Shown in pieces: positions 28,577-38,364 of a stretch of DNA of 56,698 nt. This stretch comes from an uncultured Armatimonadales bacterium (GTDB lineage: Bacteria; Armatimonadota; Armatimonadia; Armatimonadales; Capsulimonadaceae). Position 1 is the stretch's first letter. The number at the start of each line of letters is the position of its first letter. The stretch lies in the NCBI GenBank assembly GCA_964249345.1, contig CAXUBO010000008.1, positions 1-56,698 of the forward strand, in the 5' to 3' direction. The notes beneath the pieces were generated by a model. The model made no database searches, was not told the DNA's origin, and saw only the letters and a list, made by a program, of their open reading frames with translations. A program made the translations under genes and the position numbers.

Positions 28577-31500
28577 ATGTCCGTTCTTGCTGGGGCACCA
28601 TCTCAAGGCCAAATCGTTGAGTTGCGGCAGCGCCGCTACGTTGTCACCGATGTTGTCCCTTCGCTTTTGCCTGTCGCTTCAGCACCAATGGGCATAAGCC
28701 GCCCAGAGCATCTCGTCAGCTTGTCGTCAATCGAAGACGACGCACTTGGCGAGGAGTTGCAAGTGGTTTGGGAAATCGAGACAGGCGTAAGCGTTCAGGA
28801 GAAGCTGTCACTGCCTAATCCTCAAAACGGTTTTGATGCCCCGCACTATTTGGATGCCTTTTTAGATGCGGTACGCTGGGGAACTGGTTCCCAGGCAGAC
28901 CCGCGAACTTTGCAGTCTCCTTTTCGCAGCGGCATTGATATTCAGGATTATCAGCTTGAGCCGCTTGTTCGTGCGGTGCAAATGCCGCGAGCCAATCTGC
29001 TCATTGCGGATGACGTTGGGTTGGGCAAAACCATAGAAGCAGGCTTGGTCTGCCAAGAACTTATTCTGCGCCATCGCGCACGGCGCGTCCTCATTATTTG
29101 CCCTTCATCGATCCAAATTCAATGGCGCGACCAGATGCGCGATAAGTTCGGTCTGGAGTTCCGCACCGTTGACAGCGTGATGATGAAGGAACTCCGTCGC
29201 ACACGCGGCCTGCACGCAAACCCCTGGACTAGCTTTCCTCGGCTGATCGTTTCGATTGACTTTCTCAAGCGTGACCGGCCACTTCGGCTCCTCAAAGAGG
29301 CGCTTCCCGTCGATGGGCAACCGACTTACCCTCGACGCTGGGACCTCGTAATCGTGGATGAGGCGCACAATGTTGCCCCGGCCCGCAGTGGCCGGTATGC
29401 CACCGACTCACTGCGGACTCACGCTGTCCGTACACTCCTCCCGCACGTCGAGCATAAATTGTTCTTGACGGCGACGCCGCACAATGGGTACCCAGAAAGT
29501 TTCTCGGCGCTGTTGGAACTGCTTGATAATCAGCGGTTCGCCCGAGGCGTGCGGCCTGACAAAGAGCAGTTAGCCGCGGTCATGGTCCGCCGACTCAAGT
29601 CGGAACTGAAAGGGTGGGATGGTGCCCCCCGGTTTGCGGAGCGGAAACTTTATCCCCTGGAAGTTCATTACACCGATGCCGAGCGCCAGGCGCATCAATG
29701 GCTCCAGGAATATACGAAGTCGCGCTTGACACACGCCACAGATGAAGTGGAGCGATACGCGACGGAGTTCGTGCTGAAGCTGCTCAAGAAACGCTTGATT
29801 TCTTCCCCAGCGGCGTTTGCCTCGACACTGACGCAGCATGAGCAGTCGCTACGGAGCGCCGTCCGGCACCGCTCGGCGGCCCGGCCTACCGTCGGCATCC
29901 TTCGCCGTCAGGTAGATCAAGTGGAGGAGGACCATGCCGACGATGACTTGTTCGACGAGTCCACGTCGGACACCCTGGAAGCCGCCACCCGTCTGTTTCG
30001 CCCGCCGTCGCCTGAAGAAGAAGACTTGTTGCGGCAGCTTCGCCAGTGGAGCGACCGGACGCAGGGCACACCGGATAGTAAGGCACTGGCGCTGCTAGAC
30101 TGGCTGCGGATGGACCTAAAGCCTGACGGCATTTGGTCAGATCGTCGGGTCATCATATTCACGGAGTACCGTGCTACGCAGAAGTGGCTCCAAACGCTCT
30201 TGACCACTCAGGGGCTGGCGGAAGGTGCCAGTGACGACACTCGGCGGATGCTCCTAATTTATGGCGGGATGCCTCCTGATCAGCGGGAGAAAGTCAAAGC
30301 GGCTTTCCAGGCGGACCCGGCTGTGTCTGCCGTTCGCATTCTACTCGCGACGGATGCTGCCTCGGAGGGAATTGATCTTCAAAACCATTGCGCTCGCCTC
30401 ATCCACTACGAAATTCCGTGGAACCCAAATCGCATGGAGCAGCGAAACGGGCGGGTAGACCGTCACGGGCAGCGGGAATCGGAAGTCAAAATCTTCCATT
30501 TCGTTGGGGCAGGGTACGCGGCGCGTATGAAGAGCGCTGGGTCCGAGCCGCCGGGAGCACTGGAAGCCGACCTTGAGTTTCTCATGCGGGCGGCGACTAA
30601 AGTCGAAGCAATCCGAGAAGATTTGGGTAAGGTCGGTCCCGTCATCGCGGCTCAGGTTGAAGAAGCCATGCTCGGGCATCGCTTATATCTTGACACTGGG
30701 GCCGCAGAAAAACTCGCCGAACCGGTCCGTCAGATGCTTCGGCTGGAACGGCGGCTCCGGGAGCAGATTGCGTCATTTGCTTCCCAGCTTGATGAAACAC
30801 GGCATGACTTGAGGCTGACACCGGAGCACGTGCAGTCCGTAGTTGAAGTTGGCTTGGAACTTGCCGGAAAGCCGCCGCTGCGTGACGCGGTGTTGTCAGG
30901 TGTCTGGCCCGATCCACACGGAAGAGGAAAGCCTTGCCCCGTCTTCTGGCTGCCGCCGCTGGACGGAAGCTGGGCTGCCTGTGCCGATGGCCTTCGGCAT
31001 CCGCATACAGGCGTTCTGCGACCCATCACGTTTGATCACAATGTTGCCGCCGGGCGGGACGACGTGGTGCTGGCGCATCTCGGACATCGTTTGGTGCAGA
31101 TGTGCTTGCGCCTGCTTCGCGCTGAAATCTGGGCGTCCCACGCCAATTCTTCCGGTCATCTGCACCGGGTGACGGCCCGATTGCTTGCCGATTATCAGCT
31201 TGACGTCCCCGGTGTCGTGGCTTTCGGGCGCGTCGTTCTGCTTGGGTCTGATGGCAGCCGCCTTCATGAAGAAATTGTCGTGGCAGGAGGTGCGCTGAGG
31301 GATGGCCGATTTTCGCGCTTCAATGTGACCCAGGCCCAGTCCCTTATCAATGATGCTTTGCCAGGCGGCGTGCCGGAAGCCACTCAGCAAAAGCTGGCGT
31401 CGCTTTGGCCTAAACATGAGGCCGCACTGCAAACAGCCCTGGAAGCACGGGCATGGGAGCGTGTCCAGGGACTACAAAAGACGCTGTCCGACCGGGCGGA

Positions 31501-31804
31501 CAAAGAAGTCGCCGACATCCGGTCGGTCTTGACCGAGTTGGCAAATACGATCAAGTCTGAACTCAATGCGCCGGAACAAGCCCAGCTAGAACTCGAACTG
31601 TTTTCGGAGTCCGAAAAAGAGCAGTGGCAGCGGAACGTGGGCAGCTTGCGTGAACGGCTTGCACAAATCCCCGACGAAATCGAACGAGAGGTGGCGGCGA
31701 TCCGCGCCCGCTTTGACGCTCCGACCTGGCGGCTATTCCCGATGGCTGTATCTTACTTGGTGCCCGAAAAAATCGCCCGACAGACGGGCGGATTCACTTC
31801 ATGA
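28577..31804 (+). CDS. drmD: DISARM class 1 SNF2-family helicase
   Basis: DYQLEPLVRAV..LLIADDVGLGKTIEAGL, VIVDEAHNV, LLATDAASEGIDLQNHC..IPWNPNRMEQRNGRVDRHGQ. Context with drmMI/A/B/C. Confidence 0.85.
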   Translation: MSVLAGAPSQGQIVELRQRRYVVTDVVPSLLPVASAPMGISRPEHLVSLSSIEDDALGEELQVVWEIETGVSVQEKLSLPNPQNGFDAPHYLDAFLDAVRWGTGSQADPRTLQSPFRSGIDIQDYQLEPLVRAVQMPRANLLIADDVGLGKTIEAGLVCQELILRHRARRVLIICPSSIQIQWRDQMRDKFGLEFRTVDSVMMKELRRTRGLHANPWTSFPRLIVSIDFLKRDRPLRLLKEALPVDGQPTYPRRWDLVIVDEAHNVAPARSGRYATDSLRTHAVRTLLPHVEHKLFLTATPHNGYPESFSALLELLDNQRFARGVRPDKEQLAAVMVRRLKSELKGWDGAPRFAERKLYPLEVHYTDAERQAHQWLQEYTKSRLTHATDEVERYATEFVLKLLKKRLISSPAAFASTLTQHEQSLRSAVRHRSAARPTVGILRRQVDQVEEDHADDDLFDESTSDTLEAATRLFRPPSPEEEDLLRQLRQWSDRTQGTPDSKALALLDWLRMDLKPDGIWSDRRVIIFTEYRATQKWLQTLLTTQGLAEGASDDTRRMLLIYGGMPPDQREKVKAAFQADPAVSAVRILLATDAASEGIDLQNHCARLIHYEIPWNPNRMEQRNGRVDRHGQRESEVKIFHFVGAGYAARMKSAGSEPPGALEADLEFLMRAATKVEAIREDLGKVGPVIAAQVEEAMLGHRLYLDTGAAEKLAEPVRQMLRLERRLREQIASFASQLDETRHDLRLTPEHVQSVVEVGLELAGKPPLRDAVLSGVWPDPHGRGKPCPVFWLPPLDGSWAACADGLRHPHTGVLRPITFDHNVAAGRDDVVLAHLGHRLVQMCLRLLRAEIWASHANSSGHLHRVTARLLADYQLDVPGVVAFGRVVLLGSDGSRLHEEIVVAGGALRDGRFSRFNVTQAQSLINDALPGGVPEATQQKLASLWPKHEAALQTALEARAWERVQGLQKTLSDRADKEVADIRSVLTELANTIKSELNAPEQAQLELELFSESEKEQWQRNVGSLRERLAQIPDEIEREVAAIRARFDAPTWRLFPMAVSYLVPEKIARQTGGFTS

Positions 31805-34800
31805 GTATTTCACGACATCATGCCGAGTGGCTCTCACTGACCGAGACTTCCGGCCCGTTTCTTTCCATGCCGGTTCTGCTGCGCGTTTTCCCGCAGGAAC
31901 TGGATGGGCTTGACACCACTCTTGCCCGGCGGCTGCGCTTGGCATTCGAGGAGTGGGAAGAAAATCAGGAACATCACACGCCGGACCCTGCTATCCACAA
32001 TGCCTGGATTCGCTTTGTGCTGACGGAGGCGCTTGGGTTCCCGGCAGAGGAAGTGCTGGTGGAAGGGCAGGGGGTCCCGGACAGCCTGCGTGTCCAGGTC
32101 CCGGCGCACGTCGAGCGCCTCAAACCGGACATGATAGTTGTGGTTCCTGCCAGAGAATCGGAGTCCGGGACGCCGCGCCTGCTGATTTCCACCTATCCAC
32201 GCTCACAGAATCTGGCCCATCCGGTAGACGGGCGGGCGTGGAAGGCTTCGCCCGCCACCCGCATGACCGACCTGCTGCGCGGCACCGGCATCAAAGTCGG
32301 CTTGGTGACCAATGGCGAGCAATGGATGCTTGTCAGCAACTGCGCGGACAGCACGGGATATGCGTCTTGGTTCGCTTCGCTCTGGCGCGAAGAACCGCTG
32401 ACCCTGCGTGCTTTCCTATCGCTTCTCGGGGTGCGCCGGTTCTTTGGCGTCGCGCCGGATGACACGCTTTCGGCTTTGCTGACTGAAAGCGCCAGCGACC
32501 AGACCGAGATCACCGATCAGCTTGGCTACCAGGTCCGTAAAGCGGTCGAAGTGCTGGTGCAGGCGATTGACCGCATTGACAAAGATTGGGGCCGCACCCT
32601 TCTGCATGGCGCGGATGAAAAGCAGCTTTACGAAGCGGCGCTGACGACGATGATGCGGCTCGTGTTCCTGTTCAGCGCCGAGGAGCGGGGTCTGCTGCCG
32701 CTAGACGATGATTTGTACAGCCTGTCTTACGCGGCTTCGACGCTACGGGCGCAGCTTCGCGAGGCGGCGGACCAGAGCGGCGAGGAAGTCTTGGAGCGCC
32801 GCTGCGATGCGTGGAGCCGCCTGCTGGCGACCTTCCGCGCTGTCTACGGCGGCGTGCAGCATGAGGCGATGCGGTTGCCCGCATATGGCGGAAACCTGTT
32901 CAACCCGGACCGCTTCCCCTTCCTTGAAGGCCGCTCGGCGGGAACAAGCTGGCGAGAGACGCCTGCCCAGCCGCTGCCAATCCACAACCGGACCGTTTTG
33001 CACCTGCTGGAAGCGCTGCAAATTCTGCAAGTGAAAGTGCCGGGCGGCGGGCCTGCTGAGGCGCGGCGGCTGTCGTTTCGCGCCCTGGACATTGAGCAGA
33101 TCGGGCACGTCTACGAGGGCCTGCTGGACCATACGGCTGTCCGGGCTGAGGAACCGGTGCTGGGGCTTGCCGGGACGAAGGACCGGGAGCCGGAAGTCCC
33201 GCTGTCCAAGCTGGAAGAAGTCAAAGCAAAGGACGCGGCAGGTCTGCTGCGCTTTTTGCATGAAGCGACGGGGCGCGGCGTCAATGCGCTGACGAAGGCT
33301 CTCGCGGCGGGCGTGGGGTTGGATAACGAACATGATTTGCATATTGCCTGCGACAACAATGACGCTCTGTATGAACGGGTGATGCCGTTTGCGGGCTTGC
33401 TGCGGCTGGACACGTCCGGTGCCCCCGTCGTCATCACGAAAAATAGTGTTTATGTCACCGCCGGAACCGACCGGCGCTCGACGGGAACCCATTACACGCC
33501 GCGTTCGCTGACCGCCCCGATTGTGAAGCGGACGCTGGACCCGCTGCTGTACCGGGGTATGGCGGAAGGCGTCGAGCCTTGCGCCGAGACCCTGCGCTCG
33601 CCACGGGAAATCCTCGCGCTCAAGGTCTGCGACATGACGACGGGGTCTGGCGCGTTCTTGGTGCAGGGCAGCCGCTACCTGGCCGAGCGTCTGGTGGAGG
33701 CTTGGGAAGCCATCGAAGAAGCGAACCCCGATCTTATTTTGGTCACTCCTGAAGGCGATTTGTCCGAAGGGATGCCTCACGAGCGCTTGATCCCCACCGA
33801 CCCGGAAGAGCGGCTTGTCATCGCCCGCCGCCTGATCGTAGACCGCTGCCTGTACGGCGTGGATGTCAACCCAATGGCGGTGGAGATGGCGAAGCTGTCC
33901 CTGTGGCTCGTCACGATGGAGCGGCAGCGCCCGTTCACCTTTCTGGATCACGCAATCAAATGCGGGGACTCGCTCGTCGGCATGGATGCGGCTCAACTTG
34001 GCACCTGGTCACTGGATCGTCAGTCCCGCGACGCGCTCGGCGTCTTCACGAACCGCAGCATCGCCGATGCGTTGGAGTTCCGTCTGCTGTTGCGGCAGAT
34101 GGAAGAGCGGTCCATTGTTGATGTGAACGAAAAGGCGCGGCTCCACGCGCTGGCGGAAACGGCGATGACGCGGGCAAAGCTGGCTGCCGACCTGATTGTC
34201 GCCCCGGCGCTTCACTACTTGAAGCCTGCCGACCAGAAGAAAGAGCGGGAACGTCTGCGGGCGTCTTATGCCGCGCTTGACCCTGTGATCAATGACCCTC
34301 TGCTGCGGACGCGGGCGGACGAGATGCTGGGCCGGGTAAAGCCGTTCCACTGGCCGCTGGAGTTCCCGGAAGTCTTCAACGGCGGCAGGGAGGCCGGTTT
34401 TGATGCCATCATTGGCAACCCGCCGTTTATGGGCGGCCAGAAGATCACCGGCGAGTACGGCGTTCCGTACCGCGAGTATCTGGTCAATGTGATTGGTCAC
34501 GGCGTCAAAGGCAGTGCCGACATTGTGGCCTATTTTCATCTGCGCGGCTTTGAACTTGTCCGGCCCGGCGGCATCTTCGGCCTCATCGCCACGAACACGA
34601 TTGCTCAGGGCGATTCGCGGGAAGTCGGCCTGGATCAAATTATTGCGGGAGGCGGCCAGATCATCGAAGCCATTCCTTCAATGAAATGGCCGGGCGTCGC
34701 GAACCTGGAAATTGCCGTCACGAGCATCTATGTCGGTGATTGGAAGGCGTGCCGCAAACTTAACGGGCGCTGCGTAGACCTCATTTCCGCCTTTCTTGAT

Positions 34801-36522
34801 GATGGCCTGTCGAGCGGCAATCCTCTCCGGCTGAAGGAAAACGCTAATATCGCCTTCAAAGGAGTGGAAGTAAATGGTATGGGGTTTGTTCTCGAACCTG
34901 TGGAAGCAAATGCTTTAATCTCAAAAGATGCTCGGAACAAAGAAGTCATGTTTCCATACTTGAACGGTGATGATTTAAACTCTCGGCCTGATCAGTCAGC
35001 ATCACGCTGGGTAATCAATTTCAACGGGCGAGAACTGGAAAATGCTGAGAAATACTATGATTGTATGAAAATTGTTCATAGCCGAGTCAAGCCTGAACGA
35101 GATATAAATGCAGACCGGAACTTGCGCCAGAATTGGTGGAAGTTCAAAAGACCTGCTCCTGAACTGGCGAAATCAACAATAGGTTTGTCGAAGGTTTTAG
35201 TTCGGTCATCGGTCAGCAACATTCATTCCATAGCGTTTGTTGATACTGGCATTATTTGCTCTCATGCAACTATCGTTTTTGCTTCTTCAAGCCTATATTT
35301 TTTTGTTCTTATTCAGTCTTCGATACACACAATTTGGCTTACACTGTATTCATCCAGTATGCGTACTGATACTCGTTATACTCCTTCGGACTGCTTCGAA
35401 ACATTCCCGTTCCCGGCGGCTGATGACGCTAAGCAACAGGCTGAACTCGAACGCATCGGTGAGGCTTACTACGAACACCGGCGCGTCCTGATGCTGACTC
35501 GGCAAATCGGCCTGACAAAAGCCTACAATCTTTTCCATGACCCGGCCTGCACCGATGCCGACATTGCCGAACTGCGCCGCCTGCACGCCGAAATGGACAC
35601 CGCTGTCCGGGATGCTTACGGCTGGCAGGACTTGCCGCTCGGCCACGGTTTCTACGGCGACGGCAAGGAAACCCGCTTCACGCTCGCGCCTGCCGCCAAG
35701 CAGGAAGTCCTGCGCCGCCTGCTCAAACTCAACCTTGAGTGTGCCGCCGAAGAAGCGGCTGAGGTAGCAGCCGCCGTGCCGGTCAAGAAGGCCAGAAAAG
35801 GCAAAGCCGTCGTGGGTCAGACCTCAACGGACGATCTGATGATCGAAGCCATTGTCGCAGACAAAACTGGCGAAGGCAAAGCAGCGCGTCTTCCGAAGGC
35901 AGCCCTGGTTCAGGACGAAGACATCGAGCCGAGCATTCTCGCCTGGCTGGTCGCCCGCGAAAATGCACCTGAACTTGTGGAGCGTTTCCGGCCCGAGACT
36001 TTTGTGCCGAAGACATACAAACCGGACATCAGCCCGCTTCATAGCACCCGTCTTGCCAAAGAAGAATACAGCTTGCAGAAGATGGCTGGGATACCCGTGG
36101 GCGCGTCCTACCGGCGTGCGAACTGGGGGCCGCTATCCGAGTCTTTTTATAACGCCGTCCGCCGTGCGGAGGAACTCGGCTGGCTGATAAAGACGAGCGA
36201 TGGGCGCAGTGATTCCTATAGACTCGGCCCGAACGCAGCAGCGGGGATCGAAATTGCCGCAAAGGTTCTCGGCGACCGGATGCAGCAGGCCGAAGATATT
36301 CTCAGGTATATGGACGGTGATAGGACGCTCGATCTGGAACAGCAAGCGACAGTCCATAAAGTCTGGGACGACCTGAAAGCCGCAGGGATGACCGCAAACC
36401 AAGAGGCGGTCGTGCGAGGGGTGCAAGCCTGGAAGCCGGATCGCAAGGGCTTCACGTCCGGCGAAATCAGGATCGCACTGAAAGACTTGAGCAATAGAGG
36501 GCTGCTGAAACGGTCTGTTTGA
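31801..36522 (+). CDS. drmMI: DISARM class 1 N6-adenine DNA methyltransferase (Eco57I/MmeI/PglX-like, 1573 aa)
   Basis: ATGA overlap with drmD. AdoMet motif VCDMTTGSGAFLVQG; catalytic IIGNPPFMGGQK; MmeI-like FPYLNGDDLNSRP..RWVINF segment; long winged-helix-like C-terminal extension. Confidence 0.85.
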   Translation: MSISRHHAEWLSLTETSGPFLSMPVLLRVFPQELDGLDTTLARRLRLAFEEWEENQEHHTPDPAIHNAWIRFVLTEALGFPAEEVLVEGQGVPDSLRVQVPAHVERLKPDMIVVVPARESESGTPRLLISTYPRSQNLAHPVDGRAWKASPATRMTDLLRGTGIKVGLVTNGEQWMLVSNCADSTGYASWFASLWREEPLTLRAFLSLLGVRRFFGVAPDDTLSALLTESASDQTEITDQLGYQVRKAVEVLVQAIDRIDKDWGRTLLHGADEKQLYEAALTTMMRLVFLFSAEERGLLPLDDDLYSLSYAASTLRAQLREAADQSGEEVLERRCDAWSRLLATFRAVYGGVQHEAMRLPAYGGNLFNPDRFPFLEGRSAGTSWRETPAQPLPIHNRTVLHLLEALQILQVKVPGGGPAEARRLSFRALDIEQIGHVYEGLLDHTAVRAEEPVLGLAGTKDREPEVPLSKLEEVKAKDAAGLLRFLHEATGRGVNALTKALAAGVGLDNEHDLHIACDNNDALYERVMPFAGLLRLDTSGAPVVITKNSVYVTAGTDRRSTGTHYTPRSLTAPIVKRTLDPLLYRGMAEGVEPCAETLRSPREILALKVCDMTTGSGAFLVQGSRYLAERLVEAWEAIEEANPDLILVTPEGDLSEGMPHERLIPTDPEERLVIARRLIVDRCLYGVDVNPMAVEMAKLSLWLVTMERQRPFTFLDHAIKCGDSLVGMDAAQLGTWSLDRQSRDALGVFTNRSIADALEFRLLLRQMEERSIVDVNEKARLHALAETAMTRAKLAADLIVAPALHYLKPADQKKERERLRASYAALDPVINDPLLRTRADEMLGRVKPFHWPLEFPEVFNGGREAGFDAIIGNPPFMGGQKITGEYGVPYREYLVNVIGHGVKGSADIVAYFHLRGFELVRPGGIFGLIATNTIAQGDSREVGLDQIIAGGGQIIEAIPSMKWPGVANLEIAVTSIYVGDWKACRKLNGRCVDLISAFLDDGLSSGNPLRLKENANIAFKGVEVNGMGFVLEPVEANALISKDARNKEVMFPYLNGDDLNSRPDQSASRWVINFNGRELENAEKYYDCMKIVHSRVKPERDINADRNLRQNWWKFKRPAPELAKSTIGLSKVLVRSSVSNIHSIAFVDTGIICSHATIVFASSSLYFFVLIQSSIHTIWLTLYSSSMRTDTRYTPSDCFETFPFPAADDAKQQAELERIGEAYYEHRRVLMLTRQIGLTKAYNLFHDPACTDADIAELRRLHAEMDTAVRDAYGWQDLPLGHGFYGDGKETRFTLAPAAKQEVLRRLLKLNLECAAEEAAEVAAAVPVKKARKGKAVVGQTSTDDLMIEAIVADKTGEGKAARLPKAALVQDEDIEPSILAWLVARENAPELVERFRPETFVPKTYKPDISPLHSTRLAKEEYSLQKMAGIPVGASYRRANWGPLSESFYNAVRRAEELGWLIKTSDGRSDSYRLGPNAAAGIEIAAKVLGDRMQQAEDILRYMDGDRTLDLEQQATVHKVWDDLKAAGMTANQEAVVRGVQAWKPDRKGFTSGEIRIALKDLSNRGLLKRSV

Positions 36523-36541
36523 CCCGGTTTCGCGGGTTTTG
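36522..36541 (+). terminator. Weak hairpin plus T-run just after drmMI
   Basis: ACCCG-GTTTCG-CGGGT-TTTGT. The stem is only 5 bp, so this is tentative. Confidence 0.25.
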
Positions 36542-36638
36542 TCTCACCAGATGAGAAAAACCAAAGTTACCATCTCCGAAAAGTGAAAAGATAGTAATTC
36601 CGGTATGCAGGCAGGGCATAATATAAGGAGAAGCTAAG

Positions 36639-37592
36639 TTGCCCGACGTGTTTCCAATTGTTTTTGTCCCAGACAACGCCCGTGACTTGGTCGAGCAAAT
36701 GGGCAGCAAGGAAAAGTTTTGGTACGAAGACGCAGAACTGGGATTATGTCTTTATAAGGCTGCTCGGCCCGGCACTGGGGAAGATTGGTCGGAAAAAGTT
36801 GCCGAACAGCTTGCGGCTGTTTTGGGTTTGCCTCATGCAAAGTACGAATTGGCGGCATGGAAAGACGCGCGGACTGGGGAAAACACTCATGGTGTCACTT
36901 CCCCAACGCTTGTACCGAATGGGGGCCGCTTAGTGCCCGGCAACGAACTACTCGTCGCACATATACAAAGCTATCCAAGCACAGACGATGCGCCGCGCTA
37001 CGGACTGCGGCAATACACACCGGATACCGTGATGGCTTTGATGCAGCAGGCGAATGTCGGTCTGCCGCCGGGCTGGAATGCCCCCTCCGAAATCGAGACA
37101 CCCGCGGATTTGTTTCTGGGCTATTTGTTTTTGGATGCTTGGATCGGCAATACGGATCGGCACCACGAGAACTGGGCCTTTATCGAGCAGGCGCAAGAAT
37201 GCGCAATGCCGCGCTACTTGGCTCCTACCTATGATCATGCTTCTTGTTTAGGACGCAATGAAAGCGATGCAAAACGAGAAGAGCGTTTGAGAACCCGAGA
37301 CAAGCGTGTATCAGTCGCAAGCTATGCCCAGAAAGCAAAGTCCGCACTGTACGGCGCGGAAACGGATCGTAAACCACTCTTAGCAGCGGAAGCGTTCCGC
37401 CGTGCCGCGTCTGTAAGACCGCAGGCGGCCCGCGTTTGGCAGGAGCGGCTGCAAGCAGTAACGCAGGAAGAGGTTTCGGCGATCTTTGAGCGCGTTCCAT
37501 TGGAGCGTATGTCACCGCTGGCGTCCGAGTTCGCGCAAGTGATGCTGCAAGAGAACAGCCGTATGCTGATTTCTTTTAGGGAAAACCTATGA
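36639..37592 (+). CDS. HipA-family serine/threonine kinase core lacking the HipA N-terminal subdomain (HipT-like, 317 aa)
   Basis: TTG start 8 nt after AAGGAG. GSKEKFWY near the N-terminus; catalytic FLDAWIGNTDRHHENWAF; LAPTYDHASCLG. Confidence 0.75.
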   Translation: MPDVFPIVFVPDNARDLVEQMGSKEKFWYEDAELGLCLYKAARPGTGEDWSEKVAEQLAAVLGLPHAKYELAAWKDARTGENTHGVTSPTLVPNGGRLVPGNELLVAHIQSYPSTDDAPRYGLRQYTPDTVMALMQQANVGLPPGWNAPSEIETPADLFLGYLFLDAWIGNTDRHHENWAFIEQAQECAMPRYLAPTYDHASCLGRNESDAKREERLRTRDKRVSVASYAQKAKSALYGAETDRKPLLAAEAFRRAASVRPQAARVWQERLQAVTQEEVSAIFERVPLERMSPLASEFAQVMLQENSRMLISFRENL

Positions 37593-38353
37593 AACATTTA
37601 TTCCTCGCTTGGCAAGACCCAGGCACCTCACGGCGATGGTATCCCATCGGCAGATTGACCGAAACAGACGGATGCTATCAATTTGTTTATACGCAAGGAG
37701 CGTTCGAAGCACAGCAGGCGGGTTTCTGTCCGCTACCGTCCTTCCCGGACCTGAACGCTACCTACGAGTCAACGCAGCTTTTTCCTCTGTTCTCCAATAG
37801 AGTATTGTCCCCTACACGGCCTGATTACGCAGAGTTTGCCGAATGGCTGAGTCTGCCGGCGGGCGAAGACAACCCGTTTGCTCTGCTCGCCCGTAGCGGC
37901 GGGAAGCGGGCAACGGACACACTTGCCGTTTTCCCCTGCCCTGAGAAGGACGCGGAGGGGCTTTACCACATCCATCTGTTTATCCACGGTCTCAGCCACA
38001 TGACACCGGGCGCGATCACGCGGGCTGAAACTCTTGTGCCTGGCGAAATGCTGCTTGTGATGCCGGACATTCAGAATCCAAAAGAGCCACAGGCGTTAAT
38101 GGTACGGACTGCCGAAATGTTTCCCGGTGATCTGTCGCTGCTCGGTTACTTCCCACAGTACCTCATTGATGACTTGGCACATCTACTAAAAACCTCCGAC
38201 GATCAGCCGGGAGCAATCAAAGTAGTGGTGGAGCGCGTCAATCCGGTTCCAGCCCCCGTGCAGTTCCGTCTTCTGTGCTGCGTCTCCATGAAATGGCCGG
38301 AAGGGTTCAGACCATTTGCTTCTCCCTCTTATCAGCCCATCACGCCCCAATAA
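37589..38353 (+). CDS. HipA-N-subdomain/HipS-like domain fused to a HIRAN-like domain (254 aa)
   Basis: ATGA overlap with the kinase gene. N-terminal WYPIGRL..YQFVYT..CPLPSFPDL..LFPLFSNRVL parallels the recalled HipA N-terminus (VGEL..FKY..PLSLSLPL..FFDNLLPD). C-terminal GEMLLVMPDIQNPKEPQALMV..LLGYFPQYLIDDLAHLL fits the HIRAN pattern. Confidence 0.55.
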   Translation: MKHLFLAWQDPGTSRRWYPIGRLTETDGCYQFVYTQGAFEAQQAGFCPLPSFPDLNATYESTQLFPLFSNRVLSPTRPDYAEFAEWLSLPAGEDNPFALLARSGGKRATDTLAVFPCPEKDAEGLYHIHLFIHGLSHMTPGAITRAETLVPGEMLLVMPDIQNPKEPQALMVRTAEMFPGDLSLLGYFPQYLIDDLAHLLKTSDDQPGAIKVVVERVNPVPAPVQFRLLCCVSMKWPEGFRPFASPSYQPITPQ

Positions 38354-38364
38354 AAGAAAGCACT

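Noticed and set aside
32743-33996. 417-aa minus-strand ORF inside drmMI
   Set aside because: It is antisense to the methyltransferase CDS, which carries AdoMet and NPPF motifs. It has low-complexity Arg/Ala/Gln-rich composition and is a GC-driven artefact.
36600-36638. TAATAT/-10-like box upstream of the HipA-like gene as its promoter
   Set aside because: The AT-rich hexamers abut the Shine-Dalgarno sequence, which leaves no room for a transcribed leader. A promoter must lie further upstream or within drmMI, so none is called.
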